Below, one piece after another: positions 37,347 to 47,204 of a stretch of 64,000 bases of DNA. The stretch lies in contig CAJTNW010000001.1 in assembly GCA_910577795.1 (NCBI GenBank), positions 20,752 to 84,751 of the forward strand. Direction: 5' to 3'. Below the pieces are notes generated by a model. The model did no database searches. It saw only the letters and a program-made list of their open reading frames with translations, and was not told the origin of the DNA. The translations under genes were made by a program, and so were the position numbers. The number at the start of each line of letters is the position of its first letter. Within the stretch, counting starts at the first letter, position 1. This DNA is from an uncultured Christensenella sp. (GTDB taxonomy: Bacteria > Bacillota > Clostridia > Christensenellales > UBA3700).

Positions 37347-39308
37347 TTATACATTACCATTAGTGCACTGAATTACACAATTTCTAATACTAGTATCCCA
37401 ACCATACTCCTTATAAATATTAGACCATTGATAAGTCGTTCCATTAAAACGTATTACATCCAAATTAGAACAATTATAAAAAGCATAACTATAAATATTT
37501 GCCATACTTGAAGGTAATTCTATTTCTGTCAAATTATTACAATATGCAAAAGCATAAGATTTTATAAAATACGCACCTTCTGACACAATAACTTTGTTTA
37601 AACTTAATGGTATCATATAACTATTCATTGAGTAATCATAAGCCCCAAATATATAACCAAATTCGCCTTCCTGATAAGGACTTCGTCCTATGAATGGCAC
37701 TGTAATTTCTTGCAAATTATCACAACCATTAAACGCACCAAGCCCTATAGTGTTAACTGAAGTAGGAACTAAAACATTAGTCAAATTTTTGCAGTTTGAA
37801 AAAGCATAGCCTTGTATTACATAAATACTTTTTGGTATTACAATTGTTGAAACCGCACAGTCTTGAAAAGCATAATCACCAATTATTCTTACTGGCACTC
37901 CACTTATACTTTCTTCTATCCTTACATAATTAGAATATTTGTCAACATACGAAACCACATAACTTCCACCTTCTTTTCTGTACGTTATGTTATTAATAGT
38001 AACTATTTGTTTAGGTGCAAGTGCTTCTACTAATGCTATAGGAATAACTATACATGCAATAAGTACAAAAAGTACTATACTTGCCATAACTGCGGTACGT
38101 GTTTTTTCTTGCTTTAATTGTACATTGCAACCATCAACTATTGTTTGAGCACTTTCTCTTTTACTAAAATAATTAATATTATTCTTTAATAATCTTATTC
38201 TATTACCAAACAAAGTACCAAAAGATATTTTGTTTACTTTCATAACTTCTAGTTGCAAAACTTTTATTCTATCATCAATAATAGTTTTTATAATACTTAC
38301 TAGATTACTATACTCCTCATCCTCCTGCTCTACAGCGGATTCAAACAAATTATTATAATCATTAATCAAATCTTTTATTTGTTTAATTTCTTGTTTTGTA
38401 AAAGTATTAGTATTAGCATATTCTAACTTTTCTGTTTGAGTGGCTAATAAATTTTGCATGTTTTCAATATACTCACATAGTGCAATATCTTTATAGTTAT
38501 ATTTAAAAGTTATGTATTTTTCCAAATTACTTTCCAATACACTAAATTGATTTTTAAAATCTTCAAAAGTCAATTGTGTTTCAGCCTCTTCACTTACTGC
38601 TATATCATCTTTTGCTGTGTAATTATTATCATCTAAATTGTTTTCATCATTAAAATCTTGATTATTTTGATTTTTATTATAAATTTTTAACAAACTATTG
38701 TATACTCCGGCTTGCGTTAAATCTTGATAAGGTTTAACATAAAAAATATACGCAAAGCCTAATGTTACTATACTTAGCAAATTCCACCAGAAAAATGACA
38801 ATTTAACAATAGCCATTTTTATTACATAATGCTGAGTAAGGTCTGGTATAAGTTCCAAATATTCTTTTGCTTTTTTATTTTCAAAATCGCATATAATATG
38901 AAATTTAATGCTATATAGCATAACTATATATCCAGGAATAAAAATAAACAATAATGAAAGTGCAATTGTCAAAATATCAAGCACAAACATTTTCCATATT
39001 TTTGGAAAAACTTGTGAAAAATCAAAAAAAGTTTTTAACCCTCTAGTTTTTTGACCTCGTACAACTTTTAAATAATATTGTGCTGTTTTTATATGCAAGT
39101 ATTCAATAACAATAATATAAAATATTATTAATGGCAACAAAAACAACATAAATATCCTTGAAACAAATGATGTAAGCAATATGTAACACACTGTTGAAAC
39201 TGCTAAAATAATAGCCCACAACACAAAACCAGCAATAGGCACAAGCATTTTTCCGGGATTATTATTGATATATTGCCTTGCATCACTTTTTAATTTTTCC
39301 CTATTCAT
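37347..39308 (-). CDS. membrane protein: DUF975-like N-terminal TM domain + coiled middle + C-terminal BspA-type LRR domain
   Basis: The N-terminus MNREKLKSDARQYINNNPGKM with multiple TM helices resembles DUF975. The C-terminus has IG.YAF..C..L repeats. RBS GGAGGA. Confidence 0.65.
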   Translation of the reverse strand: MNREKLKSDARQYINNNPGKMLVPIAGFVLWAIILAVSTVCYILLTSFVSRIFMLFLLPLIIFYIIVIEYLHIKTAQYYLKVVRGQKTRGLKTFFDFSQVFPKIWKMFVLDILTIALSLLFIFIPGYIVMLYSIKFHIICDFENKKAKEYLELIPDLTQHYVIKMAIVKLSFFWWNLLSIVTLGFAYIFYVKPYQDLTQAGVYNSLLKIYNKNQNNQDFNDENNLDDNNYTAKDDIAVSEEAETQLTFEDFKNQFSVLESNLEKYITFKYNYKDIALCEYIENMQNLLATQTEKLEYANTNTFTKQEIKQIKDLINDYNNLFESAVEQEDEEYSNLVSIIKTIIDDRIKVLQLEVMKVNKISFGTLFGNRIRLLKNNINYFSKRESAQTIVDGCNVQLKQEKTRTAVMASIVLFVLIACIVIPIALVEALAPKQIVTINNITYRKEGGSYVVSYVDKYSNYVRIEESISGVPVRIIGDYAFQDCAVSTIVIPKSIYVIQGYAFSNCKNLTNVLVPTSVNTIGLGAFNGCDNLQEITVPFIGRSPYQEGEFGYIFGAYDYSMNSYMIPLSLNKVIVSEGAYFIKSYAFAYCNNLTEIELPSSMANIYSYAFYNCSNLDVIRFNGTTYQWSNIYKEYGWDTSIRNCVIQCTNGNV

Positions 39309-39327
39309 ATATCCTCCGTATTTTATC

Positions 39328-39355
39328 TGTCAGTAAAGGTATACTTTTTCTGACA
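39328..39355. promoter_or_regulatory. operator-like 28-bp near-palindrome (Pal1)
   Basis: TGTCAGTAAAGGTATACTTTTTCTGACA has 12 of 14 symmetric pairs. It lies 8 nt upstream of a plus-strand TTGACA and sits in the 5' leader of the gene at 39308. Confidence 0.5.
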
Positions 39356-39363
39356 AATATATA

Positions 39364-39392
39364 TTGACAATTTTTGTAGGATATGCTATACT
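39364..39392 (+). promoter_or_regulatory. predicted sigma-A promoter with no downstream CDS (TTGACA-17-TATACT)
   Basis: TTGACA at 39364-39369, an exact 17-nt spacer, and TATACT at 39387-39392. Confidence 0.45.
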
Positions 39393-39423
39393 TTTTTCAT
39401 AAAAACACTTGATTTTTATTGTT

Positions 39424-39451
39424 TTTATAACTATAGTTTATAAAGTGTCAA
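39424..39451 (-). promoter_or_regulatory. predicted sigma-A promoter of the DUF975-LRR gene (TTGACA-16-TATAAA)
   Basis: The reverse strand reads TTGACA (39451..39446), 16 nt, then TATAAA (39429..39424). It faces the plus-strand promoter. Confidence 0.4.
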
Positions 39452-39458
39452 AAGATAA

Positions 39459-39494
39459 AAAGTGTCAGAAAAAGTATACTTTTTCTGACACTTT
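39459..39494. promoter_or_regulatory. perfect 36-bp palindrome (Pal2), operator-like
   Basis: AAAGTGTCAGAAAAAGTATACTTTTTCTGACACTTT equals its own reverse complement. It shares GTATACTTTTTCTGACA with Pal1. Confidence 0.55.
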
Positions 39495-39515
39495 AAATAC
39501 ATATTGTAAACTGCA

Positions 39516-39558
39516 CAAAAAAACAGGTTTGATTAACTCAAACCTGTTTTTGTTTTTT
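39516..39558. terminator. bidirectional terminator after purC
   Basis: ACAGGTTTGA (39523-39532) pairs with TCAAACCTGT (39538-39547), with A7 to the left and TTTTTGTTTTTT to the right. Confidence 0.7.
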
Positions 39559-39563
39559 ATAAA

Positions 39564-40241
39564 TTAACCTAAAATTAATGGAGCATACTCTAGTGGCTCT
39601 AAGAATTTACCATCTTTCATTGCTCTCATGTTACCACCACTAATTTCGTCAATTAAAATAACTTTGCCATCAACAATACCAAACTCAAACTTGATATCAT
39701 ACAAAGTAGCACCTTTCTTTGCCAAAACATCTTGAACAATTTTTGTTATTTTAATAGTATCTGCTTTTAAAACTTCATATTGCTCTTTTGACAAAATGCC
39801 AAGCATATCCAAAGCATCTTTTGTTATAGGTGGGTCACATCTATCATCATCTTTCAAAGTAACTTCTACAAAATAGTCAAGAGGTTGACCATTTTCACAA
39901 TAATCACCATATCTTCTAAAGAAAGAACCAACTGCTTTTAAACGGCAAATAACTTCTAGACCTTTACCGAATTTTGTTGCAGGCTTAACTTCCATAGTGC
40001 CTTCTTCCAAATTAGATTTAACAAAGTGATTTTCTACACCCATATCATTAAGCATAGTGTAAAAATAAGTTGTCAATTTAAGAGCGTCCATACCAAGACC
40101 TTCAATAGTTACACCAACTGTATTTGCACCTGGGTCAAAAACACCATTTTCACCAGTTGCATCGTCTTTGAATTTCAAAAGGTAATTGCCATTATCTAAT
40201 GAATAAACATCTTTTGTTTTGCCTTTATATACCATTTTCAT
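39564..40241 (-). CDS. purC: phosphoribosylaminoimidazole-succinocarboxamide (SAICAR) synthase
   Basis: 225 aa with YKGKTKDVY...LKFKDDATG..., characteristic of the short PurC form. Confidence 0.9.
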   Translation of the reverse strand: MKMVYKGKTKDVYSLDNGNYLLKFKDDATGENGVFDPGANTVGVTIEGLGMDALKLTTYFYTMLNDMGVENHFVKSNLEEGTMEVKPATKFGKGLEVICRLKAVGSFFRRYGDYCENGQPLDYFVEVTLKDDDRCDPPITKDALDMLGILSKEQYEVLKADTIKITKIVQDVLAKKGATLYDIKFEFGIVDGKVILIDEISGGNMRAMKDGKFLEPLEYAPLILG

Positions 40242-40498
40242 AGGATATATACCTCCATTGATTATCTAATAGTATTTTACTATAAACTACCCTTTTAATG
40301 CAAGTATTTTTTACAAATTTAGCCCTAAGATATTTTTTTATATTTATTAACTATTACTTATAACACTATTAATATTGATAACTGCCTTTTTAAATATTTA
40401 ATTTTTAAAAGTTAGTTGACAAAAGATATAAATAATGTTTTAATATTTTTATTGATATTAAAAAGCAAAATAATATAATTATCAATAAGAGGATATTA

Positions 40499-40951
40499 AT
40501 GATTATAGAAAATAAAAATAAATGTATTTTTACAGAAAACTTTACAGATTTATTTTTAAGTACTGGTCTTGGAAAAACTAAGTTTGCTAATAGTGTTGGT
40601 CTTAAACACTCTCAAATTGAAAAGTATTTGCAGGGCACTATTCCTGTGACGAATAGTGTAGTAAAAATTTGTGATTATTTTAATTGTTCTATTGATTATA
40701 TAACTGGTTTATCAAATACTTTTTCTTATCCAAATTTAAATAAAGGCTTTTGCCCTAACAAATTTTATCCTGAATACGAAAGATTACTAAAATTAAACAA
40801 TACTAATCACTATAGACTTGCCAAAAATAATATTGTTACCGAAACAAGTTTAAGTTTATGGAAAAAGGGTTGTCTTCCAAAGTTTGACGTTTTAATTTCT
40901 ATTGCTTATGAATTAGATGGTTCTATTGATAAAATGTTAGGAAGAATATAA
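40499..40951 (+). CDS. XRE-family protein with two tandem HTH domains
   Basis: TKFANSVGLKHSQIEKYLQGTIPVTNSVVKICDYFNCSIDYITG is followed by a second HTH-like half ending ..LISIAYELDGSIDKMLG. Confidence 0.65.
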   Translation: MIIENKNKCIFTENFTDLFLSTGLGKTKFANSVGLKHSQIEKYLQGTIPVTNSVVKICDYFNCSIDYITGLSNTFSYPNLNKGFCPNKFYPEYERLLKLNNTNHYRLAKNNIVTETSLSLWKKGCLPKFDVLISIAYELDGSIDKMLGRI

Positions 40952-40982
40952 AACACTTCAAAAATCGGTATTAATTAACAAA

Positions 40983-41012
40983 ACGACACTTTTTAGTGTC
41001 GTTTTTTATTTT
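40983..41012 (+). terminator. rho-independent terminator after the tandem-HTH gene
   Basis: ACGACACT (40983-40990) pairs with AGTGTCGT (40995-41002), followed by TTTTTTATTTTTTT. Confidence 0.65.
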
Positions 41013-41026
41013 TTTAAATGTTTAGT

Positions 41027-43216
41027 TTAATGTTTAACTTCATCAGAATTGTTTGAGTTATCTGTATTTTGTTTTTCCTCTTCACTATTTCCATTAGTAG
41101 TTGCCATTTGATTTACCTGTGGAACTACTACTTGAGGTTGGTCTATTTTTTTATACTCTTCTTTTTTGGCATTTCGCTCGTCAATTCTTTTTATAATTTC
41201 TTCTGCGCTTTTGCCGTCAAACAACATATCTACTTCTTCAGTATAAATAGTGTTTTTCTCGTATAAAACTTTAACCATATTATCAAGAATACTCTTGTTG
41301 CTCTTTAGAATTTCTAATGCTCTTTGATAATTTTGGTCAATAATTTGTTTAACTTCCTCGTCTATTTGACCTGCAATTGCCTCACTATATGCTGTATGTT
41401 GAGAATAATCACGTCCTAAGAATACCTCACCTGAACCACCAAGGAAGATATTGCCTAGTTTTTCACTCATACCCCATTCAGTAACCATTTTTCTTGCAAT
41501 ACCGCTTGCTCTTTCAATATCATTAGATGCACCAGTAGAAATATCGTGTATTACAATTTGCTCTGCCGCTCTACCACCAAGCATCATACTAATCATATCG
41601 TTCAATTTGTTTTTAGTAACATGGCTATCGTCATTAACTGGTCTTGTTAAAGTATAACCTGCAGCCATACCACGTGGTACAATACTAACTTCTTGAACTT
41701 CGTCACAACCTGGCAAAACTCTTGCAATAATTGCGTGTCCAGCCTCATGGTATGCAGTTATTCTCTTATCTGTTTCTGTTATTGTTCTTGATTTTTTCTG
41801 AGGTCCTGCAATTACTTTGTTGATACCTTCCAAAATATCTTCCATAATAATCACTCTTCTGTTTGCTCTTGCAGCCAAAATAGCAGCCTCATTCAAAAGA
41901 TTTTCAATATCTGCGCCACTAAAACCACTTGTCATTCTTGCAAGTACTTTAAAACTTACATCAGGACCTAAAGGTTTATTACGGCTATGAACTTTAAATA
42001 TTTCTTCTCTTCCTTTAACATCAGGAATATTTACATAAATTTGTCTATCAAATCTGCCTGGTCTTAAAAGTGCTGGGTCTAATACATCTGCACGGTTTGT
42101 TGCAGCCATAATTATAATACCCTCATTCTTTTCAAAACCATCCATTTGTACAAGCAATTGGTTTAGTGTTTGCTCTCTTTCGTCATTGCCACCGCCTAAG
42201 CCAGCACCTCTTTGTCTACCTACAGCATCTATTTCGTCAATAAATACTATACATGGCATATTTTTTTCTGCCTCTGCAAACAAATCACGTACTCTTGCAG
42301 CACCAGTACCAACAAACATTTCCACAAAGTCAGAACCGGACATACTAAAGAAAGGAACTCCCGCCTCGCCTGCAACTGCTTTTGCAAACAAAGTTTTACC
42401 TGTTCCCGGAGGGCCTACAAGTAGCACTCCCTTTGGTATTCTTGCACCAAGTTCACTAAACTTTTTAGGATTTTTAAGGAATTCTACTATCTCTTGCAAT
42501 TCTTCCTTTTCTTCCTCTGCACCAGCAACGTCAGTAAATCTTACCTTGACATTTGACATAAGTTTAGCCTTATTTTTGCCAAAATTCATTGCTTTGCCAT
42601 TTGAGCCTGCCATTTGACGGAACATAATAAACAATAACACACCCATTACAATAGTTGCAACTATAGGGAAAATCAATGATACCCAACTTGTGTTATCACC
42701 ATTTAAATCGTCATTCCTAAAAGTAACCTTTGCTGCCATAAATTTGTCAACATCAAAGTTTTTGCCACCATTAGGAATAAACTCTACTATCTCTGGATAC
42801 TTAAAATTGCCATTAGCATCTTTAGCAAATAATTCTTCTTTTATTGCCACAGCAGTCATATCACTATTACCTTTAATTGCAGCAATAGTATTTTGTAAAC
42901 CTTGCACTTGCTTTACAAGTGCAGTTAAATCTGCCCTGCCCACACCATAGGACACTGCATCATATTGTTTAGGGAAGTTTTTTAATTCTATTTTAGAATT
43001 GCTATATAAAATCCTAATATTGTTGCTACCTATATATGCAAGTTCAGAAATTTCTCCACTTAAAATCTTTGTACTTAAATCACTATACTTAATTTCCTCA
43101 GGCTTATTTTGATTTGACAAAAGTGATGCAGTTAATACAATTAACGCAACAATTAATGCTATTATCAAAGCCGCCTTTATTATTTTTCCAGTTTTTTTAT
43201 TCAATTCAACCTCCAC
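41027..43216 (-). CDS. ftsH: ATP-dependent zinc metalloprotease FtsH
   Basis: 729 aa with Walker A GPPGTGKT, the SRH region, the zinc motif HEAGHAI, and two N-terminal TM helices. Confidence 0.97.
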   Translation of the reverse strand: MEVELNKKTGKIIKAALIIALIVALIVLTASLLSNQNKPEEIKYSDLSTKILSGEISELAYIGSNNIRILYSNSKIELKNFPKQYDAVSYGVGRADLTALVKQVQGLQNTIAAIKGNSDMTAVAIKEELFAKDANGNFKYPEIVEFIPNGGKNFDVDKFMAAKVTFRNDDLNGDNTSWVSLIFPIVATIVMGVLLFIMFRQMAGSNGKAMNFGKNKAKLMSNVKVRFTDVAGAEEEKEELQEIVEFLKNPKKFSELGARIPKGVLLVGPPGTGKTLFAKAVAGEAGVPFFSMSGSDFVEMFVGTGAARVRDLFAEAEKNMPCIVFIDEIDAVGRQRGAGLGGGNDEREQTLNQLLVQMDGFEKNEGIIIMAATNRADVLDPALLRPGRFDRQIYVNIPDVKGREEIFKVHSRNKPLGPDVSFKVLARMTSGFSGADIENLLNEAAILAARANRRVIIMEDILEGINKVIAGPQKKSRTITETDKRITAYHEAGHAIIARVLPGCDEVQEVSIVPRGMAAGYTLTRPVNDDSHVTKNKLNDMISMMLGGRAAEQIVIHDISTGASNDIERASGIARKMVTEWGMSEKLGNIFLGGSGEVFLGRDYSQHTAYSEAIAGQIDEEVKQIIDQNYQRALEILKSNKSILDNMVKVLYEKNTIYTEEVDMLFDGKSAEEIIKRIDERNAKKEEYKKIDQPQVVVPQVNQMATTNGNSEEEKQNTDNSNNSDEVKH

Positions 43217-43512
43217 AAAAGACTTTTGTCTTTTTACAAGATTTATAATTAATAACGAAAATAAAATTACCCCTTATTTTCATTTCAAACTATATTTTAC
43301 CATATATTGGAATTTTTTACTACACTTTTAGCAAAATATTTATATATTTTTATAAAAAATCGCCTTTTCTATTTATTATACACATTTTTATATTAGTTTA
43401 GGACGAAAAGTTAAATATTTTTTACCAATTCTTTGTCGATTTTAATAATTTTGTATATATAATAATGTTATTATTTATATAAATATAATCATTTATATAT
43501 TAATTATATATA

Positions 43513-43680
43513 TTAAACTATCTTTTCGTAACTAAAATTATAAAATCTAACCCTATCCCCTTCGTCAATATCTTCTGGCAATAATGCAAGTGCTATATTG
43601 GTATAACTTCCATTATCACTCCTACAATAAGCATAGTCTCCATTAATGCTCAATATTGTATAAATAATTTCCAACAACAT
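43513..43680 (-). CDS. small DUF3006-like protein (55 aa), below the ORF-track size cutoff
   Basis: AAGGAG lies 7 nt before the ATG at 43680. MLLEIIYTILSINGDYAYCRSDNGSYTNIALALLPEDIDEGDRVRFYNFSYEKIV fits the DUF3006 pattern (I..I.GDYA.C...g....i....LP....EGD.v). Confidence 0.5.
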   Translation of the reverse strand: MLLEIIYTILSINGDYAYCRSDNGSYTNIALALLPEDIDEGDRVRFYNFSYEKIV

Positions 43681-43698
43681 AATTACTCCTTAAAATAT

Positions 43699-43733
43699 AA
43701 TGTTAGCACACTAACAGTTAGCATACTAACATT
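43699..43733. promoter_or_regulatory. tandem palindromic operator-like repeats (GTTAGCAcACTAAC / GTTAGCAtACTAAC)
   Basis: Two 14-nt units sit at 43702-43715 and 43717-43730, each a GTTAG-N4-CTAAC inverted repeat. The whole 35-nt block is framed by AATGTTAG...CTAACATT. Confidence 0.5.
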
Positions 43734-43751
43734 ATTTTGCTTTTTTGTCAA
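43723..43751 (-). promoter_or_regulatory. predicted sigma-A promoter of the DUF3006-like gene (TTGACA-17-TAGTAT)
   Basis: The reverse strand reads TTGACA (43751..43746), 17 nt, then TAGTAT (43728..43723). The -10 element lies inside the operator-like repeat. Confidence 0.4.
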
Positions 43752-43863
43752 GTATTTTAATATAATTTAACTTTGTTGCTTTTACTTATGCTTTTACAAT
43801 AATCTATTTTTTGGTTATTTTATTAGTTTAGTATATAAAAAAAATAAATAACACTATGATTAT

Positions 43864-44793
43864 TTATTCTTCGTTTTGTATTGTCCCAAAAAACTCAGGT
43901 ATAAAACATTCGTCAGCACTGCTATCCTCTTGAATATAACTATTTTCAAAACCACATTTTATAGCATAATTTACTACTATTTTATATTCAATGGGTTTTA
44001 CCTTTCTTCCAATAACACTATCCCCAACTGCTTTGCCAAAAGGTGTGTATTGATTCATAATTGAAAGCACTGTATTGCTGCCCAAGTTATCCTTAACCCA
44101 ACTAATTATATTTTTTGAATTGTCTATTAAATTAGGTAGCACTAAATGTCTTACAATAACACCTTTTACCATAATACCTTTATCATTATAAATATCTTGT
44201 GGTATTAACTCTCTCATTTTAATAATAGCACTTTTTGCAATTTGAGGATAATCTTGTGCTTTGGATAATTTTAATGCTAAATCATTATCAAAATATTTAA
44301 AATCAACCAAAAAAATATCTATGTAATTTGAAAGCCTTTGCAAACTTGCTATACTTTCATATCCACTGGTATTATAGCACACAGGAATTTTTGGTTTATA
44401 AATATCCAGTGCTTTTATTATGTAATCAATATAATGCGTAGGTGTAACAAGATTTATATTATTTGCACCTAAACTTTCCAGTTCCTTAAAAATATTAATT
44501 AAATCATTTACCGAAATATTATATCCTTTTGAAAGTTGAGATACTTCATAGTTTTGACAATAACTGCATCGCAGTGCACAACCGCTAAAAAATATTGTCC
44601 CCGAGCCTTCTTTACCGCTAATACATGGCTCTTCCCAATAATGCAAACCATATCTTGCTATTCTTAATCCTTTGCTTTTACAATAGCCAATACTATCATA
44701 ACGGCTTATATTACACCCTCTTGGGCACACATTGCAACTATCTTTTACTATTGCATTTTTGTCATTTATATCAAAATTATTATCATTAATCAT
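43864..44793 (-). CDS. radical SAM protein (PflX/COG1313-like activase family)
   Basis: The CALRCSYCQN (CxxxCxxC) cluster motif is preceded by an N-terminal Cys-rich CNVCPRGCN...YCK segment. The track start at 44829 is a TTG overlapping the upstream gene, so I used the ATG at 44793. The start remains ambiguous. Confidence 0.7.
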   Translation of the reverse strand: MINDNNFDINDKNAIVKDSCNVCPRGCNISRYDSIGYCKSKGLRIARYGLHYWEEPCISGKEGSGTIFFSGCALRCSYCQNYEVSQLSKGYNISVNDLINIFKELESLGANNINLVTPTHYIDYIIKALDIYKPKIPVCYNTSGYESIASLQRLSNYIDIFLVDFKYFDNDLALKLSKAQDYPQIAKSAIIKMRELIPQDIYNDKGIMVKGVIVRHLVLPNLIDNSKNIISWVKDNLGSNTVLSIMNQYTPFGKAVGDSVIGRKVKPIEYKIVVNYAIKCGFENSYIQEDSSADECFIPEFFGTIQNEE

Positions 44794-44818
44794 AAAATAG
44801 TACCGATTTTCGTATTGT

Positions 44819-45316
44819 TTATCTATCAATTACACGATAAACGTCTCTAACTTCGCTTTTTAATCTAGTTTTTAAGTCTTGTGCTTTAGTAATATTAGGC
44901 AAAGTTACACATCCTTCATTTTTAAGCATAATTATAATGTACTTATTGTATTCTAGCACTCTGTAAATATCTTTGTATGCTATCATAAAATCATTTTTTT
45001 GCTGAGTTTTAGTAAGTTCATTTATTACTATTCCATTTTTTGTGCAAACTATGCTTAACTCCAAAACTTGTTGATAATAACCTAACATTAACTTTTCTTT
45101 AGTAAAAGATAAGATAAGATAATACAGCGCGCAACCAAACGAAACTATTGCTTCTATCCAAAGCCCTATCATTATTGAAAAAAAATACATTACTACTGCC
45201 GCCACAATAGTAATAAGCACAAAACCCACACATACAAAAAAATTAATATCATTGTATATATGATTAAATCTGTTTATTTGCGAATATATTAAACTTTTTC
45301 TATTAAATGTTACCAT
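44819..45316 (-). CDS. hypothetical two-TM protein with YcxB-like C-terminal domain
   Basis: Two adjacent TM helices are followed by ..FMIAYKDIYRVLEYNKYIIIMLKNEGCVTLP. The assignment is weak. Confidence 0.4.
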   Translation of the reverse strand: MVTFNRKSLIYSQINRFNHIYNDINFFVCVGFVLITIVAAVVMYFFSIMIGLWIEAIVSFGCALYYLILSFTKEKLMLGYYQQVLELSIVCTKNGIVINELTKTQQKNDFMIAYKDIYRVLEYNKYIIIMLKNEGCVTLPNITKAQDLKTRLKSEVRDVYRVIDR

Positions 45317-45541
45317 AATTTAATTATACAACATTTTGCCAAAAATACAACTCTTTTTTTGGATTTTATTGTAAACTATTATTATAAGCAACAAAAAATT
45401 AAACTTTTTTATAAAATAAAGATAACTTTTAATAACCTCACCATTAGTAATTTTTGATAAACACTTGATTATTTTTAATTTAAATGTTAAAATAAAAAAG
45501 TAAATATTAATGATTAATATAATACATTAAAAAAGTGATTT

Positions 45542-47203
45542 ATGAAAAAAAATATTTTAACTCCCGTACAATTATGGAAAAAATTTCAACCCATAACATC
45601 TAATTTTAAAACTAATATTATCAGTTTTAAATCATTAGGGTATATGAGTGTTTGCGAATTGTATTTCACCGCCTTGACTAAACAGGACGGTGATGTAAGA
45701 GTTTTTACTCAAATTTATTTTCCTAAACAGGCTTCCTCTTCGGCAGCACTTATTATGGTACCAGAGTTTAATAAAATGGTGGATTTAAATTATATATCAT
45801 ACTATGTTCAAGCAGGTTTTAATGTTATAACTTTTGACATTGCTGGAAAAAGTACTAATAAACACTTTACTCATTATCCTAATAGTTTGGATTTTTGTAA
45901 TTATGTTAATAGTGGTGACCATCTTACTTCTTGTAAATATGGTGCTGAAAATACTTGTCTTTTTAATTGGTGTAAAATTACAAGACAAGTAATAAGTTTT
46001 GTAAAAAACTTTACCCCTTCTCTTTCGCCAACAAAAGTACTTATGACTGCTCAAAATAGCGGGGCTAATATAGTGTGGCAGGTTGCAGGTGTTGACAACC
46101 GACTTGATGGAATTATTCCTATAAACAATACTGGTTATGATAAATTTAACAGCAATATTGGTAATGAGGAAATTCCATTATCCGAATTAGCAGAAAGAAA
46201 TGTATGGTCGCTTTGTTGTGCCGCCCCATCTTATGCTAAATTTATAAACTGCCCGGTATTGTTTTTAGGGTCTTCAAACAACAGAAATTATAGTTATTCA
46301 TCTTTGTCTGATACTTTAAAATTAATACCAGAAGAAATTACACATTATGAATGTGTATCTGTAGGTTGCTCTAAAAATTTGTATAAACAAGCACTATACA
46401 CTGCTTTTAACTGGATAGATGACATTGCTAATAACAGAAAAACTGTTGTTCCGCCAAAAGGCAGATTTGTTGTTTTAGAAAATAGAATTTGGGTATATGC
46501 TGACTTTGACTTAGATTATGATGCTATAGTAGAAGCAAAAATACATGTTGCTTATGGCAAAGAGGTTGAAGGTGTGCGTAACTGGATAGGATATGATGTT
46601 CATAGCGACCTTATTGGCACAGCCAGTCAAAAAATTAAAGTTTATGATTTAGAGGAAGAAATTAGTCTTGTTTGCACAGTATTTTATCGTAATGGGTCAA
46701 TGTACACTTCACCTATGCTTACAATTACACCTAATAAATTGGATAAAAATATAAAAACAAATGCAAGAAACACACGAATGATATTTGATAAGGAATTTGG
46801 CACAAATGCTTTTTATCCTCGTGAAACAGCCTTTTTTGCAGACAAAGCCAACATTCATTTTGAACAAGGTGCTTTAGGACTAGAAGGTATTACTACTGAC
46901 AGAGGCGATTTAGTTTGTTATAACTTAGATGGTAAATATATTACCAATAACGAAGTTATGCTTCAGTTTGACTACTACACTACTAAACCTAGAAAAATAG
47001 TAGTAGAAATAGAAGATGTCCATTTAAAATCTTATTATGCTCAAATTGATTTGCCTCCATCAGAAGAATGGCAAAGTATTAAAATTCCGCGTACACTATT
47101 TGTAAGCAACAAACTTTACCCTATTAAAACATGGACAACTGTTAAATCACTTATTTTTTGCACTGCAGAAAAAGTTTTGATAAATAATATAATATGGATT
47201 TAA
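45542..47203 (+). CDS. hypothetical protein (553 aa), possibly alpha/beta-hydrolase-like at the N-terminus
   Basis: A long clean ORF. ..AALIMVPEFNKMVD...GFNVITFDIAGKS.. is reminiscent of esterase/AXE-type folds. I saw no clear catalytic motif. Confidence 0.4.
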   Translation: MKKNILTPVQLWKKFQPITSNFKTNIISFKSLGYMSVCELYFTALTKQDGDVRVFTQIYFPKQASSSAALIMVPEFNKMVDLNYISYYVQAGFNVITFDIAGKSTNKHFTHYPNSLDFCNYVNSGDHLTSCKYGAENTCLFNWCKITRQVISFVKNFTPSLSPTKVLMTAQNSGANIVWQVAGVDNRLDGIIPINNTGYDKFNSNIGNEEIPLSELAERNVWSLCCAAPSYAKFINCPVLFLGSSNNRNYSYSSLSDTLKLIPEEITHYECVSVGCSKNLYKQALYTAFNWIDDIANNRKTVVPPKGRFVVLENRIWVYADFDLDYDAIVEAKIHVAYGKEVEGVRNWIGYDVHSDLIGTASQKIKVYDLEEEISLVCTVFYRNGSMYTSPMLTITPNKLDKNIKTNARNTRMIFDKEFGTNAFYPRETAFFADKANIHFEQGALGLEGITTDRGDLVCYNLDGKYITNNEVMLQFDYYTTKPRKIVVEIEDVHLKSYYAQIDLPPSEEWQSIKIPRTLFVSNKLYPIKTWTTVKSLIFCTAEKVLINNIIWI

Positions 47204-47204
47204 T

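Larger units (their letters stand above)
39399..39558 (+). ncRNA. candidate small RNA (promoter-to-terminator unit, ~160 nt, no ORF)
   Basis: It is bounded by the consensus promoter at 39364-39392 and the hairpin/T-run at 39523-39558. It contains the 36-bp palindrome as a potential long hairpin. This is a prediction only. Confidence 0.25.

Noticed and set aside
40242-40498. Possible purine riboswitch or PurR box upstream of purC.
   Set aside because: There is no three-way-junction sequence resembling the guanine/adenine riboswitch core, and no convincing PurBox pair. The region is a divergent promoter spacer.
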